Assembly (NCBI GenBank): GCA_043756865.1
Contig: JAYUQG010000014.1
Span: 2,349-66,348, forward strand
Length of the DNA stretch: 64,000 nt
From: a bacterium
GTDB taxonomy: Bacteria; Patescibacteriota; Minisyncoccia; Phycocordibacterales; UBA6899
Direction: 5' to 3'
The translations under genes and the position numbers were made by a program. The notes under the pieces are model-generated. The model was not told the origin of the DNA. It was given only the letters and a program-made list of their open reading frames with translations, and made no database searches. Positions 44,827 to 54,495 of this stretch are shown here, one piece after another. Within the stretch, counting starts at the first letter, position 1. Every line of letters starts with the position of its first letter.

Positions 44827-47800
44827 TCAGAAGGTGGGGACTACAATATAGCGAATCATGGTCTCGTATTGACCGGCGGGAAGTAGAATATGGCGTTCAA
44901 CTCGGAATATAACGTCCGCAGTGTCCGTGGCGGTCGCGGGCACTGAGCCGTACATAACCTCGCGTGCAGGGGTTTCAAACTCCGCCCACGTGTCGTTAGG
45001 GGCAAACCGCGGTGAACCGCCAAATAGCGTGTTATCCCCTGCGTGATACCCAAAACACCCAGTCGAGGTGGCGGTGCAAGCCGTCGCCCATGGCATCGGT
45101 GTGGTGTTTGAGGCAGCAACTCCCGGAATTTCTGCCCCACCCGCAGAGATGAAATTTTGTGTTTCAGAGACCAGCACTTGGTATCCATCAGTCGCGTTTG
45201 TATTCACATGTAGTGTATGTGCACCTATTTCAGAAACCCCGACTCCCAGCGTGCCAAACGGTACTGCGGTTGGTGTTGTGGCAATTGTGGTCACAATACC
45301 TTCGGGTGTTGAGGATCCTGACACCACTCCAAGTACCGCAAAGGTGAGCGTCGTATCGCCTGTTGAAAGAGACGGATAAGACTTTCCGGTATCAATCGGA
45401 ACGGGGACACTGTTGTTCACGTCATAGAGCCTAAAAAAGTAAGTGGTGTTTGCCGCTGCTCCCGCATGGGTAATCGTGTACTCAAATTCATACGCAGTGT
45501 TGGCAAGCGGATCGATGGTTGCAGTCGTCGTTGGCGCCTCGTTGTGAGTACCGAATGCTGCGGAATCAGTAAGGAGGAGTGCGGTGATTAAACTTCCATC
45601 AGTATCTACTCCGTTTGCATAACACCACGCTGTTGTGCAGGAGGACGTCGCTGTTACGAACCCCACACCAGAGGAGAAATCGGAAAAGGTTGAGTATTGG
45701 AGGCGGAATTTTTGATTTACTCCACTGTGTCCGCGTGTATCAGAGGCCGTAATGCGCAGTTTTGCAATGTCACCCAACTTCAAGTTGACCGGTGCTATAT
45801 TTTCGCCAGCGAGTGCTGTTGTTGGAGTTTCATTGGTTTCATCGTCATACCACTTCCAGTTGCGTGACTTTGGAGTATATCCCGCGGTACGAATCATCGG
45901 ATATGCCGCGTAGTTTCCAAACGAAGTGCCTCCACTATAAGCCATACGGAAGCAATAATCAGTATTTGTGGCAGCGCCATTATCCTGAAGCACCCAGTCG
46001 TACTCAACGTCTTCTCCGATAAATACTGCGAAGGGGTTTCCTTTACTATTATTTACTTCTTCAAAAGTTCCCGCGCGATCAGAAAGCGAAAGGACCAAAT
46101 CCCCTCCCGTTGGCGGGTCACCCGAAAGATTTGTCTCGTCAGCTACGGCCGTATTAAAACCTCTCCATATTGAGCCGCTTCCAATACCCCCCACTGCAGA
46201 CCACGTTCCTCCGAGGTTTCCACATGTTGAGGTTGGTGTTCCATATTGAAGCGTAAAAGCCGTCGATGAAGCCAGTAGCGTAGTGGTCGACACATTAAAA
46301 CTCATGCGGAGTCGCACCACATCGCCGGAGTCGGGAGGAACATCCAGTGCCGTAATGTTCGTATTTTCACTCAAATTTACTGCTCCGGCAGGCCATGGGT
46401 CAGTCGGGAGCAACGCGTTATTGTTCACGTAGTAGCGGAAGTAGTCTTGCTGCAAAACGGGTGCCTTGAGCTGAAAATTGGTGTCATACGTCAAGACCAT
46501 CTCGCTGTTGGCTGCATATTCTTCAGTTTGATTACCGCGCACGAGTGTTTGGAATGCGCGCGTATTCCATGTAATAGGCGCACCAAAAGTGAAATTCGTC
46601 GACGTTGCCTGCGTGAGATATATTGCTCGGAAATTCTCGGCATCTTCTGTTCCTTCACTTATGGTCACAGGTGACCCGCCGGAAAGTGAGATGCGGACCG
46701 TACCGGGAATGATCGATGTAGCATCCGTATGCATGACCGAAGTGGAAAGGTAACTCGATCGATAGGTTTTCGTTACGGTTTCGGGAAGCGTAATAACAAA
46801 TGGAATTGAGTTGTCAGAATTTGCAAGTGCGGGAACCGCACTCGAGCTCCCGCCAAAAAACTTTCCCGTCTTCGTCACAGGACCATTAAGATTTCCTGCC
46901 CAATGAAACGTAATAAACGCCTCAACCCCGACTGCTGCATCGTACGTTGCCGCCTGATGGCGCACATCAATACTAAGGGTGGTAGTGGTACCGCTCCACG
47001 ATGAAGTCGCAGCACCCATGTCGTGAATAATGCGCATTTCACCACCACGGGGGAGTGAAAGTGTTGCGGTATACGTCACACCCGTCGTCGCTGAATTTCC
47101 TATTTTTCCCCCCACCGCAAGAAAGGGTGTATTCGTCACTGAGTCGTGTACTTTGTACCAGAGATTTTTTACCGTTGAGCTTCCATTTAATATCGTTGCA
47201 CTTTGCGTATAGGATGAAGACGCGGTCGCAGGCAGTGCAGCGGCCTGACCCATCCAGTATTGCACCGTTTCGGTTTGAATAGTCGCACCCGTCGAATATT
47301 TGTAGGTTATAACCACTTCCCCACCCAGTCCTCCAATAGCAGCAGTCGCGACTGCAATATTAAGTGTTTGTGATGATGTAGCTAAATTCACTCCTCCAAT
47401 CAATGGACGATACAGCAGAAAGCGCTCCATGCCGTCATTTAATACCTCAAGCGCATTATGTACTGCACCCACTGCGCCACCGCTGATTGAAGGGGTGACA
47501 TCAGCTGCTGCATTTTCGACATAGGAAATTTCAAAGAACGCGTCAACGATGTCTGAAGTGGTCGCAAGGTCAGGAACGTTTATTGCGTACCCAAACGCGC
47601 ATGTGGCCCCGGCGGCACAATCAGTACGCCTCGTGCCACTGTCACCAGCTTGTGTTGAACGAAGTGGGAAGCGCACTGTTTTCAGTGCCGTGTGTGGAAT
47701 AAGTGAATAGTCCTCTTCGTATGTAACGATCAGCTTCATCGTAGCCAAGTGCCACGTGGGTCCTGTGACCGAGAGCATGCCCACCACTGCGAGGCCACTG

Positions 47801-50199
47801 TTCCATTGGCTGTCTGTTTGTGTCTGAAAAAGTGAAGTGACATTCGCTTTTGCAGAAAGCAGCGGTGAAGAAACACCAGAATTGTCTACAAAAATAGCCG
47901 TCGCGGCATTACTTGCAACAGTGTCAGCGGCAATGTCCTCCCCCGATGCAATGCCGGGACTCACATCTAGTGTCATTTCAAAGTTTGATATGTCAGTCGA
48001 TGTGATAACACTCGAGGTTGTATCAAGGTATGCAGAAAGTACGCGAATACCCGAACCGAAGATCTGGACTGATTTTGTCCCCGCACTGCCCTTGGTGCTA
48101 TTCCAGGCACTCCCTGCATACACGTTGTCATCGGACGCGCGAGCAACACCGTTGTTGTCGGTTCCCGTTTGTGTGGCCGCAGCACCAGCCCCTCCCCCCA
48201 AAACGAATTCTACGGTGCGCAATTGTTTTCCCTCGCTCGCTTCTGGGTCATTCCCCGAGAGGTTGGCATCATACGTCACCACCATTTCGCTGTTGGCTGC
48301 ATACTCTTCAGTTTGATTACCGCGCACCAGCGTCGCAAACGCGCGACTCACCCAAGGAATCATTGCGTCGGGTGTAAAATTCGTTGAAGTAGCCTGCGTC
48401 ATGTACATTGCGCGAAAATTCTCCAAGTCTTCGGTTGCTTCAGTTATCGCCACGGGTGCGCCACCAGAGAGGGAGATACGTACGGTGCCGGAGAGAATCG
48501 CCGTCAGGTCAGTATGCATGACGGAGGTAGAAAGATAACTCGAACGATAAGTCTTTGTCACTGTTTCAGGAAGTGTCACCGTAAATGAAAACATATTGTC
48601 ACTATTTGCCAGTGCGGGGACACCACCAGATGAACCTGCAAAGAATTTTCCCGTTTTTGTTACGGCACCGTATGCCCCCCCCGACCAATGAAATGTAATC
48701 ATTGCTTCCACACCGGGTGCTGCATCATACGTCGCTGCCTGATGGCGCACGTCTATCGAAAGCGTGCTCGAGGCGCCGCTCCACGACGTCGTCGCAGCGC
48801 CCATATCGTGGATAATACGCAGCTCTCCACCGCGCGGATTCGCAAGCGTGCCAGTATAGGTCACTCCCGAAGTTGCAGAGTTGCCAACCTTTCCGCCTAT
48901 CGCAACAAACGGGGTGTTCGTCACCGAATCATGTACACGAAACCAAATGGACTTTGGATTCGCACCACCATTTACCAGTGTGGCGACTTGAGTAAATGTC
49001 GATGATGCCGTGCCGGGGAGTGCGCGCTGTTGTCCCATCCAATATTGCACTGTTTCTGTTTGCGTCGGTGCGTCACTTAAAAATTTGTAGGTCACCACTA
49101 TTTCACCCCCGAGTCCTGCGATGGTTCCTGTCGTTCCCACATCAAGTGTCTGCGCGGTATTAGAAAGATTGGGTGTCCCAATCGCGGGGCGATAAATAAT
49201 AAACCGCTCCATGCCATCAACTGCCACCTCAAGCGGATTATGCAAACTCCCTGCTGCCCCACCATTGATGGAGGGCGTGAGCACCGATGCACCGTCTTCG
49301 ATATAGGAAAGTTCAAACCATGCATCAACAATGTCCGCTGTTGCAACCAGCTCCGGAATATCGAGCAGATAGCTAAACGAACATGTGCCCACGGTACAGT
49401 CGGTGCGTTTTGTGCCAGAATCCCCCGATGCGGTGGACCGAAGCGGAAAGCGCACGGTCTTCATTTCCTGATGACTTGCTTCTGAGTAATTCTGCTCATA
49501 GGTAATAACAAGCTTCATGGTCGCGAGTGTCCATGTGGGCCCCGTGACTGAAAGCATGCCCACTACGGCGAGACCAGTATTCCACTGTCCGTCTGTCTGA
49601 GTTTGAAAAAGCGAAGTGACGTCTGCTTTTGCAGAAAGAATGGGCGACGAAAGTCCCGACGTATCGCTATACACCAAGCCCGTGCCATTTCGGGCAACTT
49701 CACCCACGGCCACATCGTCACCAGCACCTATCCCAGGACTTACATCGAGCGCAATTTCGATGTCGGTGACGTCTATTGCAGTAACCAGCGCTGAAGTGAG
49801 ATCGAGATATGCAGACAGCACTCGAATCCCCGAACCGGGTATCTGAACAGTTTTTGTCCCCGCAGTGCCCTTGGTGATATTCCACGAACTCCCCGCATAT
49901 ACATTATCGTCGGAGGTACGAGCAACCCCGCTATTATCAGTACCCGTCTGCGTTGCAGCAGTACCAACACCAGAGCCGAGTGCGTACTCGACAGTACGCA
50001 ACTGCTTGCCAGTATATGCGGCTTCCGCGCGTTTCGTGGTTTCACCAAAAAAGAATTCGTACCCACCCATGCCCGAGATGAGTAACGCGAGTATAACCAG
50101 AGAGGGTGGCACTCGTCGCAAACCCCCCATGACAAATTGCAACTTGCCATTCACGAAACAAAAAAACACGTTTAGTCGCCTTGCGTTGTCGTATTTCAT
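44827..50199 (-). CDS. 1790-aa secreted adhesin-like protein with two tandem roughly 590-aa repeats and WxL-like C-terminal domain
   Basis: N-terminal TM/signal; repeat 1 GKQLRTVEYALGSGVGTAATQTGTDNSGVARTSDDNVYAGSSWN... and repeat 2 GKQLRTVEFVLGGGAGAAATQTGTDNNGVARASDDNVYAGSAWN...; C-terminus ...YETMIRYIVVPTF aligns with the 391-aa protein; start overlaps the upstream gene by 4 nt. Confidence 0.6.
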   Translation of the reverse strand: MKYDNARRLNVFFCFVNGKLQFVMGGLRRVPPSLVILALLISGMGGYEFFFGETTKRAEAAYTGKQLRTVEYALGSGVGTAATQTGTDNSGVARTSDDNVYAGSSWNITKGTAGTKTVQIPGSGIRVLSAYLDLTSALVTAIDVTDIEIALDVSPGIGAGDDVAVGEVARNGTGLVYSDTSGLSSPILSAKADVTSLFQTQTDGQWNTGLAVVGMLSVTGPTWTLATMKLVITYEQNYSEASHQEMKTVRFPLRSTASGDSGTKRTDCTVGTCSFSYLLDIPELVATADIVDAWFELSYIEDGASVLTPSINGGAAGSLHNPLEVAVDGMERFIIYRPAIGTPNLSNTAQTLDVGTTGTIAGLGGEIVVTYKFLSDAPTQTETVQYWMGQQRALPGTASSTFTQVATLVNGGANPKSIWFRVHDSVTNTPFVAIGGKVGNSATSGVTYTGTLANPRGGELRIIHDMGAATTSWSGASSTLSIDVRHQAATYDAAPGVEAMITFHWSGGAYGAVTKTGKFFAGSSGGVPALANSDNMFSFTVTLPETVTKTYRSSYLSTSVMHTDLTAILSGTVRISLSGGAPVAITEATEDLENFRAMYMTQATSTNFTPDAMIPWVSRAFATLVRGNQTEEYAANSEMVVTYDANLSGNDPEASEGKQLRTVEFVLGGGAGAAATQTGTDNNGVARASDDNVYAGSAWNSTKGSAGTKSVQIFGSGIRVLSAYLDTTSSVITSTDISNFEMTLDVSPGIASGEDIAADTVASNAATAIFVDNSGVSSPLLSAKANVTSLFQTQTDSQWNSGLAVVGMLSVTGPTWHLATMKLIVTYEEDYSLIPHTALKTVRFPLRSTQAGDSGTRRTDCAAGATCAFGYAINVPDLATTSDIVDAFFEISYVENAAADVTPSISGGAVGAVHNALEVLNDGMERFLLYRPLIGGVNLATSSQTLNIAVATAAIGGLGGEVVITYKYSTGATIQTETVQYWMGQAAALPATASSSYTQSATILNGSSTVKNLWYKVHDSVTNTPFLAVGGKIGNSATTGVTYTATLSLPRGGEMRIIHDMGAATSSWSGTTTTLSIDVRHQAATYDAAVGVEAFITFHWAGNLNGPVTKTGKFFGGSSSAVPALANSDNSIPFVITLPETVTKTYRSSYLSTSVMHTDATSIIPGTVRISLSGGSPVTISEGTEDAENFRAIYLTQATSTNFTFGAPITWNTRAFQTLVRGNQTEEYAANSEMVLTYDTNFQLKAPVLQQDYFRYYVNNNALLPTDPWPAGAVNLSENTNITALDVPPDSGDVVRLRMSFNVSTTTLLASSTAFTLQYGTPTSTCGNLGGTWSAVGGIGSGSIWRGFNTAVADETNLSGDPPTGGDLVLSLSDRAGTFEEVNNSKGNPFAVFIGEDVEYDWVLQDNGAATNTDYCFRMAYSGGTSFGNYAAYPMIRTAGYTPKSRNWKWYDDETNETPTTALAGENIAPVNLKLGDIAKLRITASDTRGHSGVNQKFRLQYSTFSDFSSGVGFVTATSSCTTAWCYANGVDTDGSLITALLLTDSAAFGTHNEAPTTTATIDPLANTAYEFEYTITHAGAAANTTYFFRLYDVNNSVPVPIDTGKSYPSLSTGDTTLTFAVLGVVSGSSTPEGIVTTIATTPTAVPFGTLGVGVSEIGAHTLHVNTNATDGYQVLVSETQNFISAGGAEIPGVAASNTTPMPWATACTATSTGCFGYHAGDNTLFGGSPRFAPNDTWAEFETPAREVMYGSVPATATDTADVIFRVERHILLPAGQYETMIRYIVVPTF

Positions 50200-51953
50200 G
50201 GCAGTACGGAATTATCAGCACCACTATCGTCTTCACCTCGTGGGGTAGTGCTCGAACTTCCACCAATAGGAAGTGCGGCCTGATCACCCTGTGTTATCGG
50301 AGTCTCCGGCGGCGCACGATACGGCCCTTCGGGAAGCCGCGAGGACTCGCTGGTAAGGTCTACTTTTTTGCCCGTGGCCACATCATAACTCATCAGTCGT
50401 GCACGACCCTCTTGGTCTCGCTCTTCCCATGTAATTGCAAATCTAGGGTTCTCACTTTTCACTCCATCACTTGAAAGTTTGGTGCGTGTTTTCTCTACGA
50501 TGCTGTATGCATACACGACCCAGTTTTCCCCTTCGTGTGACTGCCACGTTACGATGTCGCCATGAAGTGACGGAAACATATCGTGCTCAGTATTCTCGGT
50601 AAGTCGCACCACCTCCCACTCGGGGCCTACGTTCATTAGTCGATTTGCGAGAGGTAAATGTTCACCTGCTAAGGGTGAAGAGTGCACACGACGGGTGGCC
50701 AAAAATACTTCCCAGTTTTCATCAACCCACCCTTGCCAAACGATATGGTTACCAGCAACCTTTGGATTAAAATTACTCTCGCGCGAGTCAGTGACTTGCA
50801 TCACACGTGGCGGTTCGCTTCCGGAAGTATCGGCATAGAAAATCTGCCATCGTCCACCTTTCATACCCTGCCAAACGAAGTGCACGCCCGAAATGTCTTG
50901 CGCTGGGAACGCATCATCCCACTCATTCTCAGTAAGCTGCATGCGCACTCCACCCTTGTCGATAAAAATTTCTTTGTCCCCTCCTGCTCCTTCGACGGCC
51001 TCCACCGTAACCATCGTCGCCTTTGGAGTGCCCGCTGCGCCCTTCTGCGTTCCATCTTTTATGCAGTAGTAGCCCGTATGTTCAAATGAAATACAGCCAC
51101 TCAAAAATTCTGCCTCGACTTCGCGTTTGAGTTCTGCGCGAAGTTGCGCTTCACGATAAAGTGCTGCACCTTCATCGGGTAGATGGACGTTGTCAGGATT
51201 CTCGGGCACTGCTTCCCCATCACCCACGAACTCGTCAGTTGTTGTCGCGTCACTGTCATTTTGTATATCTGGAGACACCTCGTCTGTTGTGGTTGCGCCC
51301 CCACCTCCGTCCTCTGTGTTTGCAACATCGGAAACCGTGGAGGTGGCCTCACTGTCAAACGCTCCTCCGCCACCCGTAGTATCCACGGGTGGTAATACTT
51401 CTTCGGTGCTCGACGCAACAGCCCGCTCGTCTGCGGTTGGCGAGGGAGGCTCGGTGACTTCTTCGGCGGGATGAACTTCAGATGGTTCATCTGGAGGTGC
51501 TGTTGGCAGCTCATCAGGAATATCAGAATGAGCAGGCTGAGCATCTTCGGAAGTGGATTGAGGAACAGTTTCCTCACTGATGGAGAGCGGAGCTTCTGTC
51601 GCAGATACGGGTGTGTCACTTGCGGGTGCAACCGATTCGTCCGCCGCATACAACGGAAGTAGCGGCTGAAGAAAAATCATCGGCACGAGGAGTATCGACG
51701 CCACTTTTCCGAGCAAGCCGGTTGCAAGGGTGAGGCCAAACGTGGAACTCAGTGCGTGCCGACGCTTATCCTCAATTGCCACTTTGATGGTGCGGCGAAG
51801 CGCACTACCTTTTAGTTGTATCGTGGTGTGTGCTTTGTGGGGAATGTTCACCGCGCGAAGTACGGTGCCTCGAGAAACTTTGGCATGTGGGGCGAGACGC
51901 ACAATATGTGTTGAATCATCGTACTTCATGGTGATATGTTCGGGCTCCAACAC
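50196..51953 (-). CDS. bitopic membrane protein: N-terminal cytoplasmic domain, TM, acidic Pro/Thr-rich linker, C-terminal beta-propeller-like repeats
   Basis: TM LGKVASILLVPMIFLQPLLPLYA; repeats HFVWQGMKGGRWQIFYAD / HIVWQGWVDENWEVFLAT / DIVTWQSHEGENWVVYAYS; domain assignment uncertain. Confidence 0.4.
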   Translation of the reverse strand: MLEPEHITMKYDDSTHIVRLAPHAKVSRGTVLRAVNIPHKAHTTIQLKGSALRRTIKVAIEDKRRHALSSTFGLTLATGLLGKVASILLVPMIFLQPLLPLYAADESVAPASDTPVSATEAPLSISEETVPQSTSEDAQPAHSDIPDELPTAPPDEPSEVHPAEEVTEPPSPTADERAVASSTEEVLPPVDTTGGGGAFDSEATSTVSDVANTEDGGGGATTTDEVSPDIQNDSDATTTDEFVGDGEAVPENPDNVHLPDEGAALYREAQLRAELKREVEAEFLSGCISFEHTGYYCIKDGTQKGAAGTPKATMVTVEAVEGAGGDKEIFIDKGGVRMQLTENEWDDAFPAQDISGVHFVWQGMKGGRWQIFYADTSGSEPPRVMQVTDSRESNFNPKVAGNHIVWQGWVDENWEVFLATRRVHSSPLAGEHLPLANRLMNVGPEWEVVRLTENTEHDMFPSLHGDIVTWQSHEGENWVVYAYSIVEKTRTKLSSDGVKSENPRFAITWEERDQEGRARLMSYDVATGKKVDLTSESSRLPEGPYRAPPETPITQGDQAALPIGGSSSTTPRGEDDSGADNSVLP

Positions 51954-52392
51954 TCTTTGCGGTCTGATTAGGGCGATACGTATGCACTACTTCGGTTTGT
52001 GTTTGCTTACGGAGCGATACACCGAGCGAGTCAGCGAGCATGTAACAAAGGAATATGGCAAAAAGCCCAAGTACTATAAGTAGCAGGTAAAGCACGCTGC
52101 GGTATGCAGTAAGGACGCGCGAAGGAAACACCCCCTCAATGACTCGGTCCAAAATGACTTCTTTGTGAGGATCTGCAGGCAACGTATCGTCTTGCTTGGG
52201 TACCTTCAAGAGGTAAGCTTCCATTGCCTCCGGTGTGGTCATCCAGACCACATTTGCGTACACTTGCTTCCCTTCAATTTTTCCCTTACGTATAAGCTGG
52301 CCGATATAGTCTGCCGAGTACCCAAACTGCTCACTCGCTTCCTTGAGGGTGATATAACCGTCTTGTTTCTCAATCGGGGTAGTCATATTCAA
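51916..52392 (-). CDS. membrane-anchored helix-turn-helix DNA-binding protein
   Basis: N-terminal HTH YITLKEASEQFGYSADYIGQLIRKGKIEG (excisionase/MerR-type); C-terminal TM SVLYLLLIVLGLFAIFLCYML; overlaps the downstream gene by 38 nt. Confidence 0.45.
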   Translation of the reverse strand: MNMTTPIEKQDGYITLKEASEQFGYSADYIGQLIRKGKIEGKQVYANVVWMTTPEAMEAYLLKVPKQDDTLPADPHKEVILDRVIEGVFPSRVLTAYRSVLYLLLIVLGLFAIFLCYMLADSLGVSLRKQTQTEVVHTYRPNQTAKSVGARTYHHEVR

Positions 52393-52420
52393 TTATTCCT
52401 CTGTACTGTGTATAAGTCTC

Positions 52421-52538
52421 GAGGGTCGATATTTCTATTTTACATTGAAAAATAAGGAAATAATAAAGTTATCCCCAGACAACCAACACGTTATACTGTC
52501 AATTGTCCACAGATTTCTCGACGGTCGATATTTTCTAT
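52421..52538. promoter_or_regulatory. pair of 21/22-bp direct repeats with palindromic core TCGACGGTCGA in a divergent promoter region
   Basis: CTCGAGGGTCGATATTTCTAT (52418-52438) and CTCGACGGTCGATATTTTCTAT (52517-52538); candidate operator for the adjacent HTH protein. Confidence 0.35.
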
Positions 52539-52603
52539 GCGACCTAAAGAAATATCCTTTAAAATTCATTAGTAACCCAATATATAGTTTTGGATGATAA
52601 AAC

Positions 52604-52632
52604 TTGCTATATTTCTACATAAATGGTATAAT
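52604..52632 (+). promoter_or_regulatory. sigma70-like promoter TTGCTA-N17-TGgTATAAT
   Basis: -35 TTGCTA 52604-09; extended -10 TGGTATAAT 52624-32; same -35 hexamer and geometry as the SET promoter. Confidence 0.4.
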
Positions 52633-52674
52633 ATTCATATGGTTTTTACGCCACTGCGAGTCGAGAGACATCGG

Positions 52675-53241
52675 ATGAATCAGGAGCAAACAAGCTTCCT
52701 TCTGTTTGCATGTGCAATTTTTACGATAGGTATTTTATTTGGATCATTGCTTGCCTCGTATGGCACATTCCCCGCACGCACTGCCACGAACCTCAATACG
52801 TCTGCAGTCATACTCTCTCACATCACAACCACTGCGACTCCCGAAGTCAGGGTGCCACTCGCTACAGAAACCACTACAAATTCCAGAGATGCACTCCCCA
52901 CCGAGGAGATCGGCACTGAATCAATTTTTGAGAATGCAGAGGCAATTGATGGGTTTTTTTCAGAGACGCTCACGCTCGTACGCACTGAAGTCGAGGAGAA
53001 AACAGCACGGACAAACGTACTCAGTACTGAAATTGAACGACTCACCAATGCGTCCGTTGTACTCATAGCTGGTTTTGAGCAGAGCTGTGGTAACTGGGCT
53101 GATACATGCGCAACCGCATACAAAAACGAGCTTGATAAAAATAATGCTTCCTATAACAGGCTTTCGGGGGAACTTGAATTGCTGTTAGCTGAAATTGAAC
53201 GCGCACAAGAAAGCGAGAGAATTATTCTCGCTTCGCAGTAA
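52675..53241 (+). CDS. membrane-anchored Thr-rich protein with C-terminal coiled coil
   Basis: ATG at 52675 (MNQEQTSFLLFACAIFTIGILFGSLLA); ORF-track start at 52594 is upstream of the predicted promoter. Confidence 0.4.
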   Translation: MNQEQTSFLLFACAIFTIGILFGSLLASYGTFPARTATNLNTSAVILSHITTTATPEVRVPLATETTTNSRDALPTEEIGTESIFENAEAIDGFFSETLTLVRTEVEEKTARTNVLSTEIERLTNASVVLIAGFEQSCGNWADTCATAYKNELDKNNASYNRLSGELELLLAEIERAQESERIILASQ

Positions 53242-53267
53242 TTATGTTTCTTCGCTGCGCGCTTATA

Positions 53268-53840
53268 CTAAGCTGACGGGATATGCCCGCGTTGCTTGAG
53301 AAACGCAAACGCAACCCAAATCTTTGGGTCAACACTGATATCCCCTTTCGTGAGATAGTCGAAAAGCGCATCAAGCGGGACAAGTACGGTGGTAATCATC
53401 TCTGCTGCACCAAGCAAAGTGTTGCTCTGCTTTTGTGCGTCCAAACCTAAGAATACATATGTTTCAGAGTCTGAATTACCAGGGTCGTTGGGAATGCACG
53501 CAAGCAGTGTGGTGCTGCTCACTACGTAGCCGGTCTCTTCCTTCAACTCTCGCTCTGCGATTGCTCTCGGCTCTTCTCCTCCTATATCATCACAACCGCC
53601 AGGGAGTTCGAGTACTTCCCGCCTAAGTGGAATGCGGTACGTGCGCTCGAGCACAATCTGCTTGTCCTTTGTAATCGCCGCGATAACAGCACCCGGTCCG
53701 CGCGTATTCAAGGAAATCATTTCCCATACATGTGGTACACCTTCCGTGTCGGTGTAGTGGCGCACTACCATGCGGGTATACGCGGTTTCATGCACGACCT
53801 CGTCATGGTCAATTGTTATTGCACGTAGGTGCTTTTTCAT
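53268..53840 (-). CDS. NUDIX hydrolase
   Basis: Nudix box GGCDDIGGEEPRAIAERELKEETGY (GX5EX7REUXEEXGU). Confidence 0.6.
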   Translation of the reverse strand: MKKHLRAITIDHDEVVHETAYTRMVVRHYTDTEGVPHVWEMISLNTRGPGAVIAAITKDKQIVLERTYRIPLRREVLELPGGCDDIGGEEPRAIAERELKEETGYVVSSTTLLACIPNDPGNSDSETYVFLGLDAQKQSNTLLGAAEMITTVLVPLDALFDYLTKGDISVDPKIWVAFAFLKQRGHIPSA

Positions 53841-54394
53841 TTAATTCGAGGAAGGTTCACGTCCTGCGGAATATTTGGAATCTGGTTGTATTTATATTTC
53901 AGTGTGGCTCCATCCTCAGGCCCGTAATTCACCAAAATGTGGTCGTTATTCTTCAGTTCATAAAACGAAAGTTCAGAGACTGCCACCGGAAGTCCGTTTA
54001 TAACTGCGCGCAAGGTGTTGTTGTCATCATTGCAAAACTTTCCATCATCGGGGGTTTCAATGCACGAAGCGGTCATGTTGACTCCCAGTGTTCTAAAAAA
54101 AGTAGGCAGCGTCACTCCGGTGGCATGCTTGTGCACAATAAAGCACTCATCATCTTCAAAGTGCGCAACGCGACTTTTCAACATGTACGCGGGCTTGCAA
54201 AAATTAACGGATTCTTTTCCTATCATGACGAGCAGTGCGATATGCGCATGCTCACTTCCCAGCTCACCGAGTGCGGGGACTTCCCTTGGAGGCGGGGGCG
54301 GGACGCTCAGTATCTTGTAGCCGTACGCTCCACCTGCAATGAGTATTGCGATTGCTGTAGCGATAATATAGGTCATACGAGTAGTCATTTGCAT
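53837..54394 (-). CDS. membrane-anchored hypothetical protein
   Basis: ATG at 54392-54394 (MQMTTRMTYIIATAIAILIAGGAYGY TM); PPPPP linker; four Cys; stop-start overlap with the NUDIX gene. Confidence 0.35.
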   Translation of the reverse strand: MQMTTRMTYIIATAIAILIAGGAYGYKILSVPPPPPREVPALGELGSEHAHIALLVMIGKESVNFCKPAYMLKSRVAHFEDDECFIVHKHATGVTLPTFFRTLGVNMTASCIETPDDGKFCNDDNNTLRAVINGLPVAVSELSFYELKNNDHILVNYGPEDGATLKYKYNQIPNIPQDVNLPRIK

Positions 54395-54456
54395 AAGCAC
54401 ATTATAGCACCTCACGTAGACGCATGTGAACCATGCGCACTGAACTAAAAACAAAA

Positions 54457-54485
54457 AACACTCGAGCGAACTCGAGTGTTTTTTG
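54457..54485 (-). terminator. rho-independent, potentially bidirectional terminator after the RRM gene
   Basis: AACACTCGAG-CGAA-CTCGAGTGTT with A-run 5' and TTTTG 3' on the plus strand (T-run on the minus strand too). Confidence 0.55.
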
Positions 54486-54495
54486 TGGGTATCGC

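Noticed and set aside
53732-54448. 238-aa plus-strand ORF spanning the NUDIX and membrane-protein genes
   Set aside because: Antisense to two genes with good motifs (Nudix box) or TM structure; Cys/His-rich translation without motifs.
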